A stretch of 32,000 nt of DNA from assembly GCF_018398935.1 (NCBI RefSeq), contig NZ_CP074694.1, positions 3,030,001 to 3,062,000 on the forward strand, read 5' to 3'. Source of the DNA: Telmatocola sphagniphila. GTDB taxonomy: Bacteria > Planctomycetota > Planctomycetia > Gemmatales > Gemmataceae. Below, one piece after another: positions 7,050 to 14,435 of the stretch (position 1 is its first letter; every line of letters starts with the position of its first letter). The notes beneath the pieces are model-generated. The model made no database searches. It saw only the letters and a list, made by a program, of their open reading frames with translations, and had not been told where the DNA came from. The translations under genes were made by a program, and so were the position numbers.

Positions 7050-8468
7050 CTATTTCTTGGCGACGACCGCCGGCTTGACGACTTTCTTTGGTGGCCGGGC
7101 GGCCAAAGTTTCGCGTAGACGGATTTGCACGCTGGCGGCATGCCCGGTCAGGCCTTCTTTCTTGGCCAGAAGAATCACATCATCCGCAACCTCACGCAAA
7201 CCGGTCTTGGTGAAGTTCACAATGCTCGTCTTTTTACGGAAATCGTTGGCACTTAAGCCGCTAGCGTACCGGGAAGATCCCCCGGTGGGCAAGACGTGGC
7301 TGGGCCCGGCCGCATAATCCCCCAGAGCAACCGGAGTGAATTGTCCGATGAAGATCGCTCCGGCGTTGTCCACCTTGTCCGCAAATCCTTCCGGATCGCG
7401 TGTTTGAATATGGAGATGTTCGCAGGCCAGCGAGTTCACGATTTCAATGGCCTCGGCCTTATCTTTCGTCAAAATCATGCAGCCGTAATCTTCCAGCGCG
7501 GCCTTGGCAAGTTCGCCGCGCTCCAGATGAGCCAGTTGCTTGACGATATGCTTTTCCACTTCCACCAACAACTCGGCATGCCAGGTGATCAGGATGGCCA
7601 CACCGGGGGAGTGCTCGGCTTGCGCTATCAGATCCAAGGCGATAAAATCCGCTTGGGCGGTTTCATCGGCCACCACGATGACCTCGCTAGGACCTGCCAG
7701 GCAATCGATAGCGACCTGATTCGAAACGAATTGTTTGGCCGTGCTTACGAAGACATTACCCGGCCCGACAATCATATCGACGGCGGGCAGTCCCTCAACG
7801 CCGTACGCCAATGCGGCGACAGCCTGAGCACCACCCACGCGATAAACTTCTTTGACGCCCAGAAGGTGACAGGCGGCCAGCATATCGAGATTGTTAGCGC
7901 CGTTGGAAGTTGGCGGCATAACTACTACGATTTCCGGCACTTCGGCCGCCTGAGCCGGGCAAACCGTCATAAGTAAACTTGAAGGATACGCCGCGGCCCC
8001 GCCTGGGATGCAGATACCCACGCGTCGTAGCGGCCGATAACGTAGTTGAAGCTCGTAATGTTCCGATAGCGGCAGAGTGGCGTCTTTAGCCAGCAGCCCG
8101 ATTTGGAATTGCATGATGTTATCGCGCAACCGGCGAATGCAGTCCAAAAATTCGGAACTTGCCGATTGGTAGGCTTTTACCAACTCTTCGTGGCTGACGC
8201 GCAGCGTTTTGGCAGTGACCGTTGCTTTGTCGAATTGCTCCGTATATTTAAGGACAGCCGCGAGGCCTTTGGCTTTGACATCGAGGCAGATTTTCTCGAC
8301 CACTTTTAATGGCGTAAGAGGTTGCCCGAAAACCGCTTGTGTCAATTTTCGGCTGCTGGGAGAGACGATATCGGCCTGGTTATGGCTCATTCTCTCCTGC
8401 AACGCGGCCAGATGCTTAGTGCTGGCGGACTCATTGCAGTCGATCCGACGGATTTTCAAAGCGGCCAT
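7050..8468 (-). CDS. hisD: Histidinol dehydrogenase
   Basis: 472 aa with GGAQAVAALAYG, VGPGNVFV, AQAEHSP, GDYAAGPSHVLPTGG and LTGHAASVQIRL. It carries an extra Lys/Pro/Val-rich C-terminal tail (AARPPKKVVKPAVVAKK). Confidence 0.95.
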   Translation of the reverse strand: MAALKIRRIDCNESASTKHLAALQERMSHNQADIVSPSSRKLTQAVFGQPLTPLKVVEKICLDVKAKGLAAVLKYTEQFDKATVTAKTLRVSHEELVKAYQSASSEFLDCIRRLRDNIMQFQIGLLAKDATLPLSEHYELQLRYRPLRRVGICIPGGAAAYPSSLLMTVCPAQAAEVPEIVVVMPPTSNGANNLDMLAACHLLGVKEVYRVGGAQAVAALAYGVEGLPAVDMIVGPGNVFVSTAKQFVSNQVAIDCLAGPSEVIVVADETAQADFIALDLIAQAEHSPGVAILITWHAELLVEVEKHIVKQLAHLERGELAKAALEDYGCMILTKDKAEAIEIVNSLACEHLHIQTRDPEGFADKVDNAGAIFIGQFTPVALGDYAAGPSHVLPTGGSSRYASGLSANDFRKKTSIVNFTKTGLREVADDVILLAKKEGLTGHAASVQIRLRETLAARPPKKVVKPAVVAKK

Positions 8469-8898
8469 CTGTGCTTTTTCCTGGAAGACGAACTGTGACC
8501 TCGCCTTGGAGAACGGGAAAGCTCGTCCCCGTTGAGACGTGGCAATCCGGGCAATCTGTCACGATGAACAAGACTATACGGACCTTGAGGAGTGATTGCA
8601 AGCAAACGATTGATTGATCTACAACGAATTTTAACGGCCATCCGAAAAAACTGTTGGATTCGACATAACTTGGATTTTCAAGATTTTTGCACGGACAGTC
8701 ATGGAAATCCGTGCGGAATGGTCGCATTAACGCTCGTTTATGAGTCTGATCAATAGGCTCGGCCGAGCCAGAAACAAATTAGCTTTTCAAATCTGGATTT
8801 CAGCAAATTCCACGAATTTACACATATAATCTCGCCCAAACAGTAGTATCTCTCTAAGAATATCTACTTAACGCTTGTGCTTAACAGGGAGGATTGTT

Positions 8899-9471
8899 GT
8901 GGCCTCGATCAAATACATCGATGTCCGTAAGGGGATGGTTCTGGTTGGTGAAGATGGATCCTTGATGCAGTGTCTGGAACGAGATTTGAACACACCAGGC
9001 AACTGGCGGGCCATTCTGTATCTCAAGATGCGAAATCTGAAGACGGGTTCCATCACCGACAATCGATACAAGCCGGATGACAAAGCCGAACTGGCTTATC
9101 TCGATACCCGGGAAATGCAATACTCCTACCGCGACGGCGACAGCTATATTTTCATGGATACGGAAACCTTCGAGCAAACCTCGCTGAAAGCGGAATTCGT
9201 TGGCGAACAGATGGTCTATCTCAAGGAAAATGATACTGTCCGCCTGACCGTGTTCGATGGTAAGCCGTTGAGCGTGGAATTGCCCGCTACTGTAGAATTG
9301 AAGGTGACGGAAACGGAACCGGGCATCAAGGGAGCTACGGCGCAGGCTCAGTATAAAGGGGCCGTGGTCGAAACCGGTTTGAAAATCAACGTGCCACCAT
9401 TTATTAATCAAGGTGACATTATCAAGATTGACACTCGGACCGGAGAGTACCTCGGTCGACACGGAAAATAA
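8899..9471 (+). CDS. efp: Elongation factor P (non-canonical loop variant)
   Basis: EF-P signatures are present: FMDTETFEQ, GKPLSVELPATVELKVTETEPGIKGATAQ and VPPFINQGDIIKIDTRTGEYLGR. The track ORF starts at TTG 8875. I prefer GTG 8899, which is preceded by GGGAGG (8887-8892) with a 6-nt spacer and gives (M)ASIKYIDVRKG. Confidence 0.9.
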   Translation: MASIKYIDVRKGMVLVGEDGSLMQCLERDLNTPGNWRAILYLKMRNLKTGSITDNRYKPDDKAELAYLDTREMQYSYRDGDSYIFMDTETFEQTSLKAEFVGEQMVYLKENDTVRLTVFDGKPLSVELPATVELKVTETEPGIKGATAQAQYKGAVVETGLKINVPPFINQGDIIKIDTRTGEYLGRHGK

Positions 9472-9484
9472 ATTCAAGTTCAGG

Positions 9485-9519
9485 CCGGGTTTCAAGCTGC
9501 ATATCCTAAAGAAACCCGG
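9485..9519 (+). other. 9-bp-stem hairpin between efp and the downstream gene
   Basis: CCGGGTTTC (9485-9493) pairs with GAAACCCGG (9511-9519) around a 17-nt loop. There is no following U-tract, so it is not a canonical terminator. It could be a partial terminator or an RNA processing/stability element. Confidence 0.3.
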
Positions 9520-9535
9520 TCAGCGAGCCTTCTCC

Positions 9536-10372
9536 ATGGCAAAACACCGCTGGAAATGCCCCAATTGTAAAGCCAATTTGAATCTCGGTCCTAAGCTGCT
9601 TGGTACGAAAATTTCTTGTCCAAGTTGCAAGCAGGAGATCGAGATACCGGCTTCCTTGCCCGACAGCCTCGTCGTTCAGGATGCTCCGATACCCGAGTTT
9701 AAGATCCCCAAAACGAGCGATAGCATCTTCGATAGTCCTGAGAAGAGGGATTTTTTGGACGAACCGGCACCGGTACCGGTACTCCCTCCGGTTGTCGAGA
9801 CACCCGCTGCGACGGAATCCAATCCGTTTGATTTCAGCGGTTCGGAAGCCGAAACGGTTCAGGACGCTCCCAAATCTTCGAAATCCAAGTTCGTAGAACC
9901 TAAGACAGCTAAATCTTCGAAAATTCTCGCTCCAGCCAGCACTTCCCGATCCAAAATCGTGCTACCTAACCCCAATGCCGAATCGGGACCGATTTCGGAA
10001 ACGGAAACCGATGCAGCCCCCGTTTTAGTTCCGCCTTCCTCTAGTTCGGGCAAATCTTCCCGTAGTCTGCCTCCCGCGAAAGCTGACACGGACAATGGGG
10101 AAACGGAAATAGCCCCTGTCCCGCGTGTCAAGAAACCGAGCAATCCTATTCCGGCTTTAACCTGGGTGCTGCTGGCCTGGGCGATAACTGCGACCTCCTC
10201 GACGATTTACTTGGCGATCCAACGAATGCAGAGTTCCAGCCCCACCCCCCAACGACTTATAACGCCCCCGGGCAACCAACCTGCCCCGAATCCGGAGAGA
10301 GCCAAACCGGAGAATGCTCCCGAACGATCCGAAACGCCACCCAAGAATGACAAAACCGAAAAGAAGAAGTAG
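9536..10372 (+). CDS. Zinc-ribbon protein with a long Pro/Ser-rich disordered region and one TM helix (hypothetical)
   Basis: The ATG at 9536 gives MAKHRWKCPNCKANLNLGPKLLGTKISCPSCKQEIEIP, with a CxxC...CxxC pair. A low-complexity P/S/E/K region follows, then a TM segment (IPALTWVLLAWAITATSSTIYLAI) and a basic Pro-rich tail. The track ORF start at 9413 would overlap efp. Confidence 0.7.
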   Translation: MAKHRWKCPNCKANLNLGPKLLGTKISCPSCKQEIEIPASLPDSLVVQDAPIPEFKIPKTSDSIFDSPEKRDFLDEPAPVPVLPPVVETPAATESNPFDFSGSEAETVQDAPKSSKSKFVEPKTAKSSKILAPASTSRSKIVLPNPNAESGPISETETDAAPVLVPPSSSSGKSSRSLPPAKADTDNGETEIAPVPRVKKPSNPIPALTWVLLAWAITATSSTIYLAIQRMQSSSPTPQRLITPPGNQPAPNPERAKPENAPERSETPPKNDKTEKKK

Positions 10373-10383
10373 TTCTGTCTGCC

Positions 10384-11985
10384 ATGCCATTTCGCATAAA
10401 TAACGTCAGTATTCCCGTCGAGGAAGGGGATGACCTCCTTCATAAAAGACTCAGCGATATTCTGGGACTGCCGCCTGATCAACTGCTCGGTTGCCGGATA
10501 CTTCGAAAAAGTTTGGACGTCCGAAACAAAAAGACTTTGAAATTCGTTTACAATGCGGAAGTAACACCTCCTAGTGACTGGAAGCCGCGAGCCGAATTCG
10601 CCTATTCGTCTTTCACGGTGGAGCCGTACCAGGAACCTCCTTTTGAAATACCGACTCCCGGCTCCAAGGGATTGCAGCAACGCCCGATCGTCATTGGCTC
10701 AGGCCCTGCGGGTTTAGTAGCAGCTTATTTCCTGGCCGAGCAAGGCTATCAACCGCTCGTGCTGGAACGGGGCACCCGCGTCACGGAACGAATCAAAGAT
10801 GTCAAAGAATTCGATTCGGGCGGCCGATTTGAACCCGAAAGCAATTACCTTTTCGGTGAAGGCGGGGCCGGTACCTTCAGCGATGGCAAGTTAACATGTC
10901 GTGGCTCGGGCCCCGAAGTGAACCGAGTATTAAAGCTCTTTGCCGATTGCAAAGGGAAACCCTCGGTGATTTATGAGCACCGTCCGCACCTGGGAAGCAA
11001 CCGACTTCCCGCTGTCGTGAAATCGATCCGGCAGCACATCGAAACTATGGGAGGCGAAGTTCGCTTCGGTTGCAAAGTAACCGATTTACACATCAACAAC
11101 GGTCAGCTGGAAGGGGTGACCACGAATCAGGGATTTATTCCTGGCCATGCGGTTCTCCTGGCCACAGGTCACAGTGCGCGCGATACGTTCGAGATGCTCC
11201 TCCAACGCGGCGTTCCGATCGTCCAGAAGCCATTTCAAATGGGTGTACGCGTCGAACATTTGCAAGATACCGTGAATCGCGTGCAGTACGGCTCGATTCG
11301 CTACGAAAACCTGCTGGGGAATGCCGATTATTCTCTCATCGCGAAAGGGAAAGCGGACCTCTTCACCTTCTGTATGTGCGCGGGCGGTTACATTATTCCC
11401 AGCGTTTCTGAAGTCGGCTATTTCTGCACCAACGGTATGAGTCTTTCCAAGCGGGATTCCCTCTATTCCAACAGCGGCCTGGTTCTGACGATTCCCACTT
11501 CGGAATTCGGCGGAAGCGATCCCTTGGCCGGCGTCCGACTTCAGCAGATTTACGAGAAAAAAGCCTTTGAAATCGGTCGCGGCGAGTACGCCTGCCCCAC
11601 CCAAAGAGCGAGCGATTTTCTGGCGAATAAAGTTTCGGCCGGGCCCATCAAATCGAGCTACCCCCGCGATTCAATCTCGGTAAACCTCCGGGAAGTCCTA
11701 CCCGATTATGCAATCGAATCTTTGACGAACGGACTGCCCCGAATGGATCGCGCCTGGCACGGACGTTTTCTGCACGAGGCTATCCTGGTCGGCCCGGAAG
11801 CTCGAGGCAGTTCCCCCGTTCGCATTTTACGCGAGGAGATTTCTCGGGAATGCCCCAATATCGACGGCCTCTACCCTGTCGGAGAAGGCGCGGGCTACGC
11901 CGGAGGCATCGTTTCCGCGGCGGTCGATGGACTTAAAACCGCCAAGGCGATCATTGCGAAATATCGGCCGCTGAAAAGAAACTGA
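10384..11985 (+). CDS. FAD-dependent protein (COG2509-type uncharacterised flavin dehydrogenase)
   Basis: It has the dinucleotide-binding motif PIVIGSGPAGLVAAYFLAEQGYQPLVLERG, then GEGGAGTFSDGKL, and a C-terminal GLYPVGEGAGYAGGIVSAAVDG. That pattern is characteristic of this family. Confidence 0.85.
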   Translation: MPFRINNVSIPVEEGDDLLHKRLSDILGLPPDQLLGCRILRKSLDVRNKKTLKFVYNAEVTPPSDWKPRAEFAYSSFTVEPYQEPPFEIPTPGSKGLQQRPIVIGSGPAGLVAAYFLAEQGYQPLVLERGTRVTERIKDVKEFDSGGRFEPESNYLFGEGGAGTFSDGKLTCRGSGPEVNRVLKLFADCKGKPSVIYEHRPHLGSNRLPAVVKSIRQHIETMGGEVRFGCKVTDLHINNGQLEGVTTNQGFIPGHAVLLATGHSARDTFEMLLQRGVPIVQKPFQMGVRVEHLQDTVNRVQYGSIRYENLLGNADYSLIAKGKADLFTFCMCAGGYIIPSVSEVGYFCTNGMSLSKRDSLYSNSGLVLTIPTSEFGGSDPLAGVRLQQIYEKKAFEIGRGEYACPTQRASDFLANKVSAGPIKSSYPRDSISVNLREVLPDYAIESLTNGLPRMDRAWHGRFLHEAILVGPEARGSSPVRILREEISRECPNIDGLYPVGEGAGYAGGIVSAAVDGLKTAKAIIAKYRPLKRN

Positions 11986-12072
11986 ACAAAGTTGGGAAAA
12001 CTCCCGGCTATAATTCGGATGTCCCACCCAGCTATTGAAAAAGTGGCTTTCCCCTCCCTAAAGATTGACTGA

Positions 12073-12528
12073 ATGAAAGAAGAGAAATCAGAAGCTTCCT
12101 GTGCCGCCGTGGAAATCTGGTTTCAGATGATGCGCACCCACAGAGCATTGGATCGAGTACTTTCGGCCGTTGTAGCGTCGGAAGATTTGACGATTCCGCA
12201 AACGGAAATATTGGCGATGCTCTCGAAGAAAGGTCCTCTCCCCCAGCAGGCGTTGGCCGAGGGACTGTGCGTTACCAAGGGGAATGTCGCTCAGGTAATC
12301 GACCGTTTGCATAGGGCCGGTTTGCTGACGCGAAAAGAGCTTAAGACCGATCGCCGGGCAAATCTGCTTCAAATTACCCCGCTCGGTAAGCAGAAGCTCG
12401 AAAGAATTCATCCGAAATTCATTTCGTTTTTGGATAAAATTTTCGCAGGATTTACAGATACCAGAAGTCGTAAGTTCATTGCGGAGCTTTGCGAACTGGA
12501 ACGTGCGGCCCGGCCAGACCTTGACTGA
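12073..12528 (+). CDS. MarR-family transcriptional regulator
   Basis: 151 aa with the winged-HTH pattern LSKKGPLPQQALAEGLCVTKGNVAQVIDRLHRAGLLTRKELKTDRRANLLQITPLG. No clear SD precedes 12073, so an internal Met start is possible. Confidence 0.85.
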   Translation: MKEEKSEASCAAVEIWFQMMRTHRALDRVLSAVVASEDLTIPQTEILAMLSKKGPLPQQALAEGLCVTKGNVAQVIDRLHRAGLLTRKELKTDRRANLLQITPLGKQKLERIHPKFISFLDKIFAGFTDTRSRKFIAELCELERAARPDLD

Positions 12529-12587
12529 TCGTAAATTGGTTTACTAATATACTAATTAGCCCTATACCTTTTTGCAATGAGGAACCC

Positions 12588-14366
12588 ATGGCCGAAGCGA
12601 CCACTACATCTGAACCGGTCAAGTCACCGGTTCGACCGCGAATTTGGCCCGGCGTGGCCATCCTCGCCTTTTTTGCCTTCCTGCTTTTTGTTCCTGGCGA
12701 AATCGCACCACGAACAACGTTTCACTTTATGAGCATAGCGGGGGGACTGCTGCTGAGTATTCTCGGATTCATCCTTTGGTGGGCCTTCTATTCGCGCACT
12801 CCTGGGAAAGACCGGGTGATGGTGCTGCTGGTCTTTATCGCCGCTGCCGTGGTCGTGGCGAATTTAATTCCGCCCTCTCACATCATGGGACTTTTGCTTT
12901 ATGCATTCCCCCTCGTTGCGGTGCTCTGTGTCGGCTGGTTAATAACATCGCAACCTTTCAGCTGGCAGCTTCGAAGATCCGTTCTTCTGCTGCTAATTAT
13001 GATGGGGTGGTCGACCATGCTGCTAGTGCGAATTAAGAATGTAAACGGCGATATGATTCCCGATCTTCGGTGGGTATGGTCAAAGACTTCCGATGAGCTG
13101 CGCGAAGAGGAATCGGCGAGCCGGAAAGCGGGCAAGCAGGACGACGCCCCCTTACAACTGGTCTCTCAACCGGGAGACTGGACAGAATTTCGAGGCGCCC
13201 ATCGAGATAGCAAGGCCGTTAATACCCGCATCCGAACCGATTGGGAAAAAGACCCGCCGAAATTGCTTTGGAAACGCCGGATCGGTCTCGGCTGGTCCTC
13301 CTTTAGCGTTGTGGGAGATCTTCTTTTCACGCAGGAACAGCGTCTGCAGGATGAATGCGTAGTTTGCTATAACGCTAAAACTGGCGACGAAATCTGGAAA
13401 TTCTCGGTGAATAATCGCTTTGTCGATGCGGTTGGCGGCGATGGGCCCCGAGGCACGCCGACGATTAAAGACGGCCGGTTGTATGCTCAGGGGGCAACCG
13501 GTAAGTTGGTATGCCTGGATGCGGCCACTGGCAAACAGATTTGGATTCGAGACATTGGCATAGACGCCAATGGGCACGCTCCGCAATGGGGCTATGCAGG
13601 CTCTCCGCTGGTATCCGGCAATCTGGTATTTGCCATCCCGCTAGGCGCGAACTCCCAGGGAACCATTGCCTACGACAAGGAAACGGGCAACCCCGTATGG
13701 AAGGCTGGGGAAGCGCAGCATACTTATTCTTCTCCGCAGGAAGTTACATTCTTCGGCACCCGGCAAATTCTGGTTTTGAGTGACTTTGGCCTGGAATCTT
13801 TCAATCCGGCGGACGGCAAATCGCTGTGGCAATTCCCTCTCACAGTTCGCGGCATGAATCGAGTCGTTCAACCGAACGTGATTGGCGAAGGGGAAGTTCT
13901 ACTCGGTACCGGTAGCGGCAAGGATCTTGGTACCCAACTGATCAAGGTTCGCAAGGACGGCGAATCATGGACTGCCGAGGCCGGTTGGAACAGCAACCGT
14001 CTGAAACCCTACTACAACGACTTCGTTACGCATGACGGCTACGCTTACGGATTCGACGACTCCATATTTGTCTGCATCAGTCTTAAAGACGGCAAATTGA
14101 AATGGAAGGGAGGTCGCTATGGTCACGGCCAGGTGCTTCTGCTTCCCGATCAATCGAAGCTACTGGTTTCGGCCGAAGATGGCAAAGTCCATCTTCTGGA
14201 CGCTACCCCCAACGAGTTGACTGAACTCGGCGAAGTGAAGGTGTTCGATGGTCGAACTTGGAATCACCCCGTCGTCGTTCGCGGTAAGTTGTTCATTCGA
14301 AACGATGAAGAGATGGCTTGCTACGATCTGACGGAAACGGGTTCGATGGCCGATCCTGCCAAGTAG
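12588..14366 (+). CDS. Membrane-anchored PQQ-like (BamB-type) beta-propeller repeat protein
   Basis: About 5 N-terminal TM helices are followed by repeated propeller blades (GDLLFTQEQ..VVCYNAKTGDEIWKF, GRLYAQGATGKLVCLDAATGKQIWI, NLVFAI...IAYDKETGNPVWK, LESFNPADGKSLWQF, VCISLKDGKLKWK, GKLFIRNDEEMACYDL). GAGGA lies 5 nt upstream of the ATG. Confidence 0.85.
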   Translation: MAEATTTSEPVKSPVRPRIWPGVAILAFFAFLLFVPGEIAPRTTFHFMSIAGGLLLSILGFILWWAFYSRTPGKDRVMVLLVFIAAAVVVANLIPPSHIMGLLLYAFPLVAVLCVGWLITSQPFSWQLRRSVLLLLIMMGWSTMLLVRIKNVNGDMIPDLRWVWSKTSDELREEESASRKAGKQDDAPLQLVSQPGDWTEFRGAHRDSKAVNTRIRTDWEKDPPKLLWKRRIGLGWSSFSVVGDLLFTQEQRLQDECVVCYNAKTGDEIWKFSVNNRFVDAVGGDGPRGTPTIKDGRLYAQGATGKLVCLDAATGKQIWIRDIGIDANGHAPQWGYAGSPLVSGNLVFAIPLGANSQGTIAYDKETGNPVWKAGEAQHTYSSPQEVTFFGTRQILVLSDFGLESFNPADGKSLWQFPLTVRGMNRVVQPNVIGEGEVLLGTGSGKDLGTQLIKVRKDGESWTAEAGWNSNRLKPYYNDFVTHDGYAYGFDDSIFVCISLKDGKLKWKGGRYGHGQVLLLPDQSKLLVSAEDGKVHLLDATPNELTELGEVKVFDGRTWNHPVVVRGKLFIRNDEEMACYDLTETGSMADPAK

Positions 14367-14381
14367 GCTAGTAGTTTTCGC

Positions 14382-14415
14382 CCCTCCAGAAAGCAGCATT
14401 TTCTGGAGGGTTTTT
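14382..14415 (+). terminator. Rho-independent terminator downstream of the beta-propeller gene
   Basis: An 11-bp perfect stem, CCCTCCAGAAA (14382-14392) with TTTCTGGAGGG (14400-14410), encloses a 7-nt loop. TTTTT (14411-14415) follows immediately, 16 nt after the stop codon. Confidence 0.8.
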
Positions 14416-14435
14416 CGATCGCGGGTAGATCTATT

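Noticed and set aside
7296-7976. 226-aa plus-strand ORF inside hisD
   Set aside because: It is antisense to hisD, has no SD and no recognisable motifs. It is a shadow ORF.
8469-8874. Search for a tRNA, tmRNA, RNase P RNA, SRP RNA or a his attenuator/T-box in the largest intergenic region
   Set aside because: I found no cloverleaf with a GTTCGAATC-type T-arm, no GAGGAAAGTCC (RNase P) motif, no His-codon run and no T-box motif. Only generic hairpins are present; see the corresponding low-interest finding.
8881-9495. 204-aa minus-strand ORF covering efp
   Set aside because: It is fully antisense to an unmistakable EF-P gene. The composition is unremarkable and there are no motifs. It is a shadow ORF.
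9413-9535. Upstream extensions of several track ORFs: 9413 (zinc-ribbon gene), 16209 (GT87-like), 20961-21026 (DUF1080), 24628-24723 (secreted protein), 24773 (DUF1559), 8875 (efp)
   Set aside because: The extensions overlap upstream genes or precede obvious signal peptides or TM anchors, and they lack SDs. Internal starts with SD-like sequences give canonical N-termini.
10207-10680. 157-aa minus-strand ORF spanning the junction of the zinc-ribbon gene and the flavoprotein gene
   Set aside because: It overlaps two supported plus-strand genes and has no SD or recognisable domain.
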